A stretch of 64,000 nt of DNA from a virus, in IMG/VR virus record IMGVR_UViG_3300043470_000815. One strand, 5' to 3'. The notes beneath the pieces are model-generated. The model worked only from the letters and a program-made list of their open reading frames with translations, was not told the origin of the DNA and made no database searches. Each line of letters begins with the position of its first letter. The stretch's first letter is position 1. The translations under genes were made by a program, and so were the position numbers. Shown here piece by piece: positions 56,132 through 64,000 of this stretch.

Positions 56132-56437
56132 TTATTTTGACATATAGTTTCCTTGCTGAACTGCCCTCCAAACGGAAGCGGCTGAATCATACGCACCCAT
56201 ATATTCATCCTTTCCACGTAATTTAAAATACATTATAAATTTTCCTTGTGTGGATACTTCTATTTTCATTGTATCACTAAGTATAAATTCAATTGGGTAG
56301 GCTTTAGAATTGGTTGGTTGGGGTGTAAGTCCTGATAATTTAGCAAATTTACCAACTATTGTATCGAATGCTGATTCTTTCAATACTTTTCTTACAATAG
56401 TCCTGATTTTATTTTCTATCAATTGTTTTTTGGTCAT
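56132..56437 (-). CDS. hypothetical protein with RKVLKE leader
   Basis: 101 aa ORF. Confidence 0.55.
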   Translation of the reverse strand: MTKKQLIENKIRTIVRKVLKESAFDTIVGKFAKLSGLTPQPTNSKAYPIEFILSDTMKIEVSTQGKFIMYFKLRGKDEYMGAYDSAASVWRAVQQGNYMSK

Positions 56438-57285
56438 AATCTAATCTTTTTTCGTAATTTATTATCTATATTTGTTGTATCTGCTATATTAGCGGTATTT
56501 TTCGTGACTTCAATTTCTTCGTCCGTTTCCGCTATGAAGTTTATTCGTTTAACAGAATATGATTTTTGAATTGAACTTTCATTATAAACAAATTCATTGC
56601 GTAAATATCCATCGACCAGTAATGAAATTGTAGTTTTTATTAACCGATCTTCACCCGGTACATTTACATTGTCATGGGTAATACTTTGTATTTGTGTTCT
56701 AAACGTATAATAATCTCCCCACATGTGATTACTGGTTGGGAGTATCATTTGGACTAATTGATTCATTTGTTCCTGTAAATCTGTCCAAATTACCATTTCA
56801 TAATTAACCCTAACATATTCGGGAACGGTCAATAAATAATATTCAAATGAATCTTTAGTTAAATATTGTCCAACCGTCCGATCATATTGCATTCCCGTCG
56901 TTTTCATTGGAACAAATGTCATCGAATTTCCACCCCACAATTGACCAGCGGCCAAAGAAATTCGGTCGTCGGGAGTAACATCAACCCTTCGTAAAATAAT
57001 AATTGGTGTTAATATTTTTTTATTATTATCACGTAAAAATCCATGTTGACGTATTTGTGACCACTTTTCACCATTCCCAAACATTACGGGAACTGCAATT
57101 TTAGTCGAATTACTTATTACAAATAATCCTGTTTTTTCAGTTAAATGATAAAAAATTGCGTAATCAATATCATATAAGCCTATATTCGGAACAACAACAT
57201 CGTCATTATCCCGTCTTGTTTGTTGTGAACGATCAATTTGCCCTTCACTAACGCCTTGCTGATATGGTCTGATTTCGGGGTTCAT
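56434..57285 (-). CDS. tail terminator / sheath stabiliser (T4 gp15-like)
   Basis: IGLYDID.AI, VPVMFG..EKW, VPEYV.V.YE..IWT...EQMN. Confidence 0.7.
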   Translation of the reverse strand: MNPEIRPYQQGVSEGQIDRSQQTRRDNDDVVVPNIGLYDIDYAIFYHLTEKTGLFVISNSTKIAVPVMFGNGEKWSQIRQHGFLRDNNKKILTPIIILRRVDVTPDDRISLAAGQLWGGNSMTFVPMKTTGMQYDRTVGQYLTKDSFEYYLLTVPEYVRVNYEMVIWTDLQEQMNQLVQMILPTSNHMWGDYYTFRTQIQSITHDNVNVPGEDRLIKTTISLLVDGYLRNEFVYNESSIQKSYSVKRINFIAETDEEIEVTKNTANIADTTNIDNKLRKKIRL

Positions 57286-57297
57286 AAATTAATAATT

Positions 57298-57840
57298 TTA
57301 CAAATTATTTATTTTTTTAACTTTTGGTGAAATATTTGTTCCTGACCGCGTATTGACTAAATTTAATTGGGATACACGTGTTAAGTGTGTTGAAACGATA
57401 ACCGATATATTTTTACCGAATCCACGATCCCTGTTTTCCGTTGTTATTAGATGTGTATCATTATTTCTACCCATGAAATATTGGTTGGAATATGAATTAT
57501 CAATTTCCCAATATTTTTGATCGAATTTAATAATATCACCTTCACTTAACACTATATTTGAATCAATTAAATCATCACGTAAAAATGAAAATGTAACGGC
57601 TTGTGTAATGTCCATCCCCGTATCATTGTCATTCATTGATTGATCTTCTTTGTTAATGTTACAAAACAGGCGGATTGGTTGAAAATACGTTTTATTGTCA
57701 CTTTCGTTATATAAATTTATTTCAGTATTATTCAATGCAAGTTTAAATACTTCAACTTCATTTGAAATATAACTATGAAAAAGTTCACGTGTTAGCGAAC
57801 TTATCAACCGAGCATCTTTTACCGAACCGAATAGTGGCAT
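57298..57840 (-). CDS. neck / head-closure protein (T4 gp14-like)
   Basis: N.Y.ES..K, F.FLRDDL, EGDII.F...YWEI. Confidence 0.65.
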   Translation of the reverse strand: MPLFGSVKDARLISSLTRELFHSYISNEVEVFKLALNNTEINLYNESDNKTYFQPIRLFCNINKEDQSMNDNDTGMDITQAVTFSFLRDDLIDSNIVLSEGDIIKFDQKYWEIDNSYSNQYFMGRNNDTHLITTENRDRGFGKNISVIVSTHLTRVSQLNLVNTRSGTNISPKVKKINNL

Positions 57841-57853
57841 TTAATTTAAAATA

Positions 57854-58105
57854 TTAAATAAACTTAGTTATTCCCAAAAATGTTTTTTGAGTTTGTGATA
57901 ATTGTTGAATAGTATTTTGAATTATCGTTTCAGCACCGCTTTCGGGTGGAAAATCTGCCTGAATAGCCTTCAAAATTTGTTTGGCAGCGGATAAACTTTG
58001 TGCGATTTTACGAATTTCTTCCGTGTTTTTATTTTTAACTTTTACGGGTTCTGCTTCGGTAATTTCGCTTAGAATTTTACGAACTCTACTTTCTAATTTA
58101 TTCAT
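57854..58105 (-). CDS. hypothetical protein with RKILSE leader
   Basis: 83 aa helical ORF. Confidence 0.55.
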   Translation of the reverse strand: MNKLESRVRKILSEITEAEPVKVKNKNTEEIRKIAQSLSAAKQILKAIQADFPPESGAETIIQNTIQQLSQTQKTFLGITKFI

Positions 58106-58106
58106 T

Positions 58107-58769
58107 TTAAATATATTGTTTTAATGTTAAACTAATTTGTGCGTTATTTTTCTTAAAAAATGTTTCCATTCGTTCAACAATCATATTATCAACAATTACA
58201 AATCCTTCCCTAAGTCTTAATTGCTTGTTTGGATACTGATGTTGAAATGATTTTTGAATATTTGAAAACCGTAATTGTTCTTTTTCGGTTAATGAATTTG
58301 CGACGGGAGTTTTAATCCGTTGTCCCAATTTGTTTTCAACAATCATTTTACCAAACAACCGTTCGTAATTTTCTTTTAAATTTACAGTGTTTTCGTTTAT
58401 TTGAACGTTCTTAAATCCAGTCCGTTTCAACTCATCAACCCCCTCATCAAAATCATCAAATTCACCTGATATTACACCATCGACCGTTACTTGAAATGTT
58501 TTCCAGTAGTCATTCCATTTGACCGTGCCTTTTATTTTACCATCGGGCGTTTGCATTGTTGCTGTTGCTGTTTTATTATTCATAGTGTTTTCCTGTAATG
58601 GATTACCAAGTAATTTCTTAATTGTCGCTTGGTTGGTTGATGATAATTCTGTAATATCAAATATAATAGTTTCATCATCTAATGTATATGATACATCCGT
58701 TGAATCTAAAAAATTTAATAGTTGTTTTAAATCACTTCGCGAGCAGTTTTTTGTTGAATAAGTATTCAT
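58107..58769 (-). CDS. hypothetical virion-region protein
   Basis: 220 aa; internal LQE, INE and LKE motifs. Confidence 0.55.
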   Translation of the reverse strand: MNTYSTKNCSRSDLKQLLNFLDSTDVSYTLDDETIIFDITELSSTNQATIKKLLGNPLQENTMNNKTATATMQTPDGKIKGTVKWNDYWKTFQVTVDGVISGEFDDFDEGVDELKRTGFKNVQINENTVNLKENYERLFGKMIVENKLGQRIKTPVANSLTEKEQLRFSNIQKSFQHQYPNKQLRLREGFVIVDNMIVERMETFFKKNNAQISLTLKQYI

Positions 58770-58787
58770 ATTTTTTTCCTTTAATGT

Positions 58788-59933
58788 TTATCTGATATAA
58801 ATCTTCATTGGTGACCATTGCAACTGATTATTAAGATTTTCTGCTTCCGCTGATTTTCTTTCCAATTGTGCCTGTTTTGACATGGTATCCAAAAGTTCTT
58901 TTAATTCTGTTGTTAGTGCGTCTTTTTCTTCTTTTCCAGCCGTTAATAAATCAGCGGCGTTTAATGTTACTTCACCATCCGCAATTGGAACTGACGCGTA
59001 TTTACCACGTATATAACCTAATATTTCCTTACAAATTGCCAATGCGTACTTTCGTATCCATTGTTTACCAATTGAATTAATTTGCTTATATGTTATGTTA
59101 TAATATGGTATATTTGAGTGATCTGATATTTTTCCATTTGACGAACCGTTTGAATTTAAATCACTTGAAATCGTATAGTGAAAAAATAATTTAACTTGCT
59201 CGGTGGGTGGTGGAAAAATCCGTAACCTATTATTTGTTAATTGAAATGAATAAGCACTACGACGAATTTCATCTGTAAATTCAATTGCTTGCATCCGTAA
59301 TACATCGTAATGTAAAGGCATTAACAAATAACTGCCCGGAAGGTTCAAACCATCAAACCCAAATTGTTCCGCTGCATAATACCCACCCCCCAACGACGGG
59401 TCTAAATACCTATTTGCCGCTGGAGTTCTATTGTGAAATATTTTACGAATAATAAATTTATCCGTTGTAAATGAACCAAATTCAACCTCGGCATCTGTCG
59501 TAAAATCATACACCTGTTTACCAGTCGATAACATTATACTACCTGTGTACCATGTTAATGTCCCACCACTCGGTATATCGTTACCATATTCACGTGCTAA
59601 ATCGAAAATTCCTTGCAGGGTGGATGGAATATAAGCCTGTGATAAATTAACATTTGAACCAGTGGACATTCCTAATAAATTAATAAGATTGTCACGTGCT
59701 GAATAAGAATTTACTAAATTTCCATATTCATTTACCGCTTCTTCAAATGCTGCAAAAAAATGTTTATCTTGAAGTTCAACATCAGATAGTCCATAACCCA
59801 ACCGTTTGGCAATCCATTCCGCCGTTGCTTCAATGTCACATTGAAACTGCGAATCATAGTCATAAATTCCAAAAGGTGTATCCCCCGGAAAGAATGAACT
59901 TGAACCCTGCCAAATTGGTAAAATTATACTCAT
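58788..59933 (-). CDS. neck / head-tail adaptor protein (T4 gp13-like)
   Basis: RLG..L.DVEL, W..KYALA..K..LG..RGKY, G..TLN..DL. Confidence 0.75.
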   Translation of the reverse strand: MSIILPIWQGSSSFFPGDTPFGIYDYDSQFQCDIEATAEWIAKRLGYGLSDVELQDKHFFAAFEEAVNEYGNLVNSYSARDNLINLLGMSTGSNVNLSQAYIPSTLQGIFDLAREYGNDIPSGGTLTWYTGSIMLSTGKQVYDFTTDAEVEFGSFTTDKFIIRKIFHNRTPAANRYLDPSLGGGYYAAEQFGFDGLNLPGSYLLMPLHYDVLRMQAIEFTDEIRRSAYSFQLTNNRLRIFPPPTEQVKLFFHYTISSDLNSNGSSNGKISDHSNIPYYNITYKQINSIGKQWIRKYALAICKEILGYIRGKYASVPIADGEVTLNAADLLTAGKEEKDALTTELKELLDTMSKQAQLERKSAEAENLNNQLQWSPMKIYIR

Positions 59934-59936
59934 ATC

Positions 59937-60098
59937 TTAAAATGTGAATGTTTTAAATCCACTTGATGTTAATGTTAAATTTGATATTAATTCGACATCA
60001 AACATTATATTATAAATAGTTCCTACATTTCCATTTAATCGTTTATTAAAAAATAAACCGTGTGAACTTGATGGAAATAGTATGTTTGTTAATGGCAT
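59937..60098 (-). CDS. small hypothetical protein (53 aa, not in ORF track)
   Basis: MPLTNILFPSSSHGLFFNK...; fills the gap. Confidence 0.4.
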   Translation of the reverse strand: MPLTNILFPSSSHGLFFNKRLNGNVGTIYNIMFDVELISNLTLTSSGFKTFTF

Positions 60099-60154
60099 AT
60101 AAAATAAAAAATATCAACCAAATAATTTGATCTGTATGTATATATGTGTTAAAT

Positions 60155-62275
60155 CTATAATTGCGTCAACAACGCTCTGACTTGAATATTATCTGCCAAA
60201 CTAACAGGTGTATATCTAATAAATGTTGTATCATTTGCTTTATCAGTTGTATTATATGCTATCCAATTTGCACCACTATCAATGCTTTTTTCCCATGTTC
60301 CTGCTTGTGTGTCTGAATTATCATCATCCAATAAACCATTCGTTATTGCGTTGTATAATCGTACTTGGAGGGGTGGCACACTTGATCCAAACGCTGTACT
60401 AAATTTCCACGCAAACCGTTTAGAAGTCGTGCTGGATAGGTCGGCACATGGTTCATAATGTGAATCTGTTGATAAATCATCGTAAACAACACATAAACCT
60501 AAAATTTTGGCTGGAATATGCGTAATACCCGTTATCATTATAAATTCAATTTTAAACTGAATTGACGTTGTACCTGTGATATTTAAATCACCCGAATCAT
60601 TGACCAATGTCCACCCACCCGAATTATCCGTTATTCCAGTTGTTCTATAATATAAAACAAATTGTTCGGTTGCTACTTCACTAAATCCACTACCTTCATT
60701 TTTAACATTGTTAACGTAAACCCTGACAAATTTATTATTGTTTGGTGTTAATATTTCGGGACTAATTAAAACTTGACCCGATGTACTAGCAAAATTTGTA
60801 TCAGCCGCCAAAGGAACTGCATACATTTGATTTAAAATAGCAGTTGTACCTGTTCTAACAATATGCGTTATTCCATTTTCAGACCAAACCGCGAATGCAG
60901 TTGCTATATTATTAACTGGTAATCGAACTGTATTATCGGAAGTTGCTTGATTATTTAAGTTTATATTACTTCCAATATTAAAATCAAACGCATCGCCTGA
61001 TGTGACTGGATAACGTGTAATATATTGCTTTATTGCCGTTGTATTTGTTATAATAAACCGATCAATTGTTCCAATGTATTCAATACTACTCATTACACTT
61101 GTAGCGGCGTTTGTATTTGCCGATCCGGGTGGAATTTCAATACGAACATCACTTTGCCAGTTGGTATTTCCCGTTGTAACGCCACTAATTGCGGCTCGAT
61201 AAATACGGGTGGTTGTTACAAAATATAATGATTTGATTCCCGATCCAACCCCATGATTTGTAGTCGCAATTCGCCCATTATTTGTTTGTGATATTGTACC
61301 CGTAACCGTTTGTGTACCCGTTAATGTAATATTTGCACCAGTTAGAACCATTTGTCCTGTTGTTATTGTATCAGCGGATCGTAAATTCATCCTAACAATA
61401 CGAACGTTGGTAGTTCCTTCAATCAAATAAATATCGTGTGATGTTTTTGATACTTCTTCATCCAATCCTAAACCGCAACTTGCAATTAATGTAGTTGTTG
61501 ACGCATCACTTAATTTATATATAAGTTTTAAATTATCTGTACCAGCCGCACTAGCAGCAATTGTCGTTCCACCCAATGTAAAATCGTTGTAATCTATACC
61601 TTTACCAATAAAAACTCCACCGTTAGCGGCTGTTGCATTCGTTGTAACTAATAATGGACGTAATTCATCAATAACATAAGCCGTTCCAGTTGAAATTGTA
61701 CCAGCCGATGTATTAATTGTTATGCCTGTATCAGAACCAATTGCGGTAATTTCATACCAAGTTGTTATTTGTGTTGGATCGGTTGAACCAAAACCAATTC
61801 GTGAACCTACCCCAATTCTTTCTGCTGAAAATTGTGTACTTGTGCCTGTTACTGCTGTACCTGATACGCCAACCGTTCCAGTTGTATGTAAATATCTTAA
61901 CATACGAAATGCACGGGTGGTATGTGCCGTAGCAGTTGGTAAAGTAATAGTAATAAAACCTTTCCAGTTATATTCAGATGTAATTTTATTATATTCGTAT
62001 AAAAATATACGGCGGGTTGCCACTGCTACTGCTGTGTTTTCAGTCAAAAATACCCAATCAATTGTATCACTAAATGTCTGAACATGTGGATAAAACATTG
62101 CAATTGGGGTAGATTCTTCCATCGGTCGAGCCATTGCGACGGATAACGGCCCGATAAAATTATCAAAACTATTACTTCCAGTTCGCTGTTGAATCAACGA
62201 CCCACCATACCATTTACTTGATGTATAACTACCAGTTAGTGGTGTATTGCATAATTGTTCAACTGCTATTTTCAT
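60155..62275 (-). CDS. Thr/Gly-rich virion structural (tail-fibre-like) protein
   Basis: 706 aa beta-rich composition; GTVGVSGTAVTG.ST motif. Confidence 0.55.
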   Translation of the reverse strand: MKIAVEQLCNTPLTGSYTSSKWYGGSLIQQRTGSNSFDNFIGPLSVAMARPMEESTPIAMFYPHVQTFSDTIDWVFLTENTAVAVATRRIFLYEYNKITSEYNWKGFITITLPTATAHTTRAFRMLRYLHTTGTVGVSGTAVTGTSTQFSAERIGVGSRIGFGSTDPTQITTWYEITAIGSDTGITINTSAGTISTGTAYVIDELRPLLVTTNATAANGGVFIGKGIDYNDFTLGGTTIAASAAGTDNLKLIYKLSDASTTTLIASCGLGLDEEVSKTSHDIYLIEGTTNVRIVRMNLRSADTITTGQMVLTGANITLTGTQTVTGTISQTNNGRIATTNHGVGSGIKSLYFVTTTRIYRAAISGVTTGNTNWQSDVRIEIPPGSANTNAATSVMSSIEYIGTIDRFIITNTTAIKQYITRYPVTSGDAFDFNIGSNINLNNQATSDNTVRLPVNNIATAFAVWSENGITHIVRTGTTAILNQMYAVPLAADTNFASTSGQVLISPEILTPNNNKFVRVYVNNVKNEGSGFSEVATEQFVLYYRTTGITDNSGGWTLVNDSGDLNITGTTSIQFKIEFIMITGITHIPAKILGLCVVYDDLSTDSHYEPCADLSSTTSKRFAWKFSTAFGSSVPPLQVRLYNAITNGLLDDDNSDTQAGTWEKSIDSGANWIAYNTTDKANDTTFIRYTPVSLADNIQVRALLTQL

Positions 62276-62778
62276 GTTTTTTGTATATAATTTACCGTTA
62301 AAATTGTGTTGGTTATTGTATCGTTATTTATTACATAAAAATCTATTTTATCATCAAATAAAATATCTTTATTCCACCCAACCAATGTATTATTAAATGT
62401 AGTATTTGAATTACTTAATGATGCACTACCTAAAAAATTATTATTTTTAAATAATGTAAAAACAATACTTCCACTTAATTCATTTCCAATATTATCTATT
62501 GAATCTATACGATAACTAACAATATTACCATTAGACTCTATCCGTTTAGAATTATAATAACCAGTTTCAATAACAGTTGTGTTACCAAAAATACCACAGC
62601 CAAAACTTTTTAATTGTTCGGTGTAACTTGCTGTTAATGCAGATTGAACATTTGTAATTCCACTACCATCTCCTACAAAAGAACCACTAAAAATTGAACC
62701 CGATGTTATTCCATCAATTTTCAATGCTGATAATTCAGCATTGCTCCCACTTAATATTATTTTATTCCAAGTTGGCAT
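62272..62778 (-). CDS. fibre-associated structural protein
   Basis: N-terminal MPTW.KI..SGSNAEL...SGSF.GDGSGIT module shared with 63094-63774. Confidence 0.55.
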   Translation of the reverse strand: MPTWNKIILSGSNAELSALKIDGITSGSIFSGSFVGDGSGITNVQSALTASYTEQLKSFGCGIFGNTTVIETGYYNSKRIESNGNIVSYRIDSIDNIGNELSGSIVFTLFKNNNFLGSASLSNSNTTFNNTLVGWNKDILFDDKIDFYVINNDTITNTILTVNYIQKT

Positions 62779-62893
62779 TTATTTTTTCGATTATTTTTGC
62801 AACTAATAATATATGTTTACCGTCAAATTTACACGCATAAATACATTGAAGTATTATTTGTAATTCTTCATCGGTTAATTCAACCTTTTTCAT
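62762..62893 (-). CDS. small helical protein (43 aa, not in ORF track), possible fibre chaperone
   Basis: MKKVELTDEELQIILQCI...; similar to 62880-63032. Confidence 0.45.
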   Translation of the reverse strand: MKKVELTDEELQIILQCIYACKFDGKHILLVAKIIEKINANLE

Positions 62894-63032
62894 GTAATTT
62901 TTGAAGTTTAATTATTAAATTGTATAAAAGTTCTATATCTTTAACGGGAAATGATGTTTGTCCAATTAATGTTAAAATTAATTGAATTTCATCTTTTGAT
63001 AATTTTTCCTGATTAATTGTATTTATTGCCAT
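62880..63032 (-). CDS. small helical protein (50 aa, not in ORF track), possible fibre chaperone
   Basis: LSKDEIQLILTLIGQTSFPVKDIELLYNLIIKLQ. Confidence 0.5.
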   Translation of the reverse strand: MAINTINQEKLSKDEIQLILTLIGQTSFPVKDIELLYNLIIKLQKLHEKG

Positions 63033-63093
63033 AAATTCATAATACTTTTTAAGTACGTTCGTTTTTCTGAAATAAATTAAAAAATGTTATGTG

Positions 63094-63774
63094 TTACGAG
63101 TATATAAAAACATCACCCGATTCGATTTTGATATTTCCATTCCGCCTGTAATTAATTAAATCGGTTAAACCTCCATCCACGTCGATCACATAAGATAAAT
63201 ATGCTTCGGGTGCTAAAGTTACAGCATTTGACGCTAATTTTGTAACCTGTTGAACACCCCACCTATCCGCACTATTATCCCAACCCAACGCAACACCTTG
63301 ACCAACACTTCCACTAGATGCAATTATACCAGCATCACCAGTCGTTGAACCACTATTTAATAAAATAAATTTATCTTCAATATTAACGTTCGTAACTTGT
63401 AATTCAACAACCGAACCCAACACTGTTAAATCACCACTTACTGTTAAATTTGTAAATGTAGGGCTATCTGTTGTCCGTAAACCTTGTGGGGTTGTTAATG
63501 TAATTGTCTTTTCAGTCGTTCCACTAACACCAAACGAAAAGCCGTGTTGTGATGCAGTTGTAAATAATTGGGTATTTGTCGCTGGGTTGAATGTAATTGT
63601 AGAATTATCGTTACCCTTTATTTGGTAGGATGGAGCGGCTGTTATACCAGTTATTCCACTGCCATCACCCACAAACGAACCACTAAAAATTGAACCCGAT
63701 GTTACTCCAGTAATTTTTAATGAACCCAATTCGGCGTTACTACCCGATACTACTATTTTTTTCCACGTTGGCAT
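63094..63774 (-). CDS. tail-fibre-like structural protein
   Basis: MPTWKKIVVSGSNAEL module; PTFTNLTVSGDLTV.G...VEDKFILLN motif. Confidence 0.6.
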   Translation of the reverse strand: MPTWKKIVVSGSNAELGSLKITGVTSGSIFSGSFVGDGSGITGITAAPSYQIKGNDNSTITFNPATNTQLFTTASQHGFSFGVSGTTEKTITLTTPQGLRTTDSPTFTNLTVSGDLTVLGSVVELQVTNVNIEDKFILLNSGSTTGDAGIIASSGSVGQGVALGWDNSADRWGVQQVTKLASNAVTLAPEAYLSYVIDVDGGLTDLINYRRNGNIKIESGDVFIYS

Positions 63775-63775
63775 T

Positions 63776-64000
63776 CTAAAGTCCTATATAAAATTCACTT
63801 CCACTTACAATTAATCCACCCAAATTCGGGGTTGGTAAATTTTCAAAATTACTGATTAAAAAAATACCATTTGAATTAAATGAAGCAGACACCGATCCCG
63901 ATGTAATTAAAAAAGTTTGTTGATTATTTGTTAATCTTTGTATAACTAAATTTTCAAAGCCAAATCCACCACTATTAATAAGCGTATTTTGGACTTTTAT
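63776..64000 (-). CDS. partial structural protein (5' end beyond the window)
   Basis: open frame ...ITSGSVSASFNSNG...LIVSGSEFYIGL*. Confidence 0.55.
   Translation of the reverse strand: MKVQNTLINSGGFGFENLVIQRLTNNQQTFLITSGSVSASFNSNGIFLISNFENLPTPNLGGLIVSGSEFYIGL

Larger units (their letters stand above)
62681..63704. repeat. 28 bp exact repeat within a ~110 bp duplicated N-terminal gene module
   Basis: GAACCACTAAAAATTGAACCCGATGTTA at 62681-708 and 63677-704. Confidence 0.85.

Noticed and set aside
1-64000. Genome-wide TAG recoding (alternative genetic code)
   Set aside because: Long genes (PolB, tape measure, sheath) are open in code 11 with no internal TAG, and TAG ends genes at sensible places (14444, 6479, 52455). 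Only one amber-split gene was seen.
1-64000. tRNA, rRNA, tmRNA or CRISPR array
   Set aside because: I saw no cloverleaf, no T-loop with acceptor stem and no regularly spaced repeat-spacer pattern. The GGTTCG at 11265 is a 4-nt-loop hairpin, not a T-arm.

Overview
64 kb from a large AT-rich (roughly 30% GC by eye) T4-like myovirus, probably a jumbo phage infecting Bacteroidota. Host evidence: repeated TAnnTTTG-type promoters, no Shine-Dalgarno motifs, DUF4494, HU and a lipoprotein signal. Layout: 1-46.7 kb is on the minus strand and holds a glycosyltransferase cluster, clamp loader and clamp, an intein-containing PolB, four amino-methyltransferases, dUTPase, DenV, nucleases including an R.HinP1I-like restriction enzyme, class II RNR, helicase, 5'-3' exonuclease, SSB, a PolA-like protein, baseplate genes and the tape measure. 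46.9-52.4 kb is a plus-strand early or accessory island with small ORFs, a TIR domain and a structured ~500 nt non-coding stretch. 52.4-64 kb is minus strand: HU, holin-like genes, tail tube and sheath, neck and fibre-like genes. Best leads: (1) a GCGC-cutter homolog with no C5-methylase in the window and no GCGC found, within a wider set of apparently absent restriction sites; (2) a candidate large structured ncRNA; (3) a TTAAC-N5-GTTAA palindrome at a fixed 28 nt from the -7 box of about ten promoters; (4) a shared C-terminal N-x-F-[FY] tail on PolB and three methyltransferases, a possible clamp-binding motif; (5) a phage-encoded TIR domain; (6) a K(I/V)L(N/K/S)E leader on SprT-like and ART-like proteins in the virion gene region. 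All annotations come from reading motifs and all k-mer statements from manual scanning; no searches were run. I found no tRNA, rRNA or CRISPR array.
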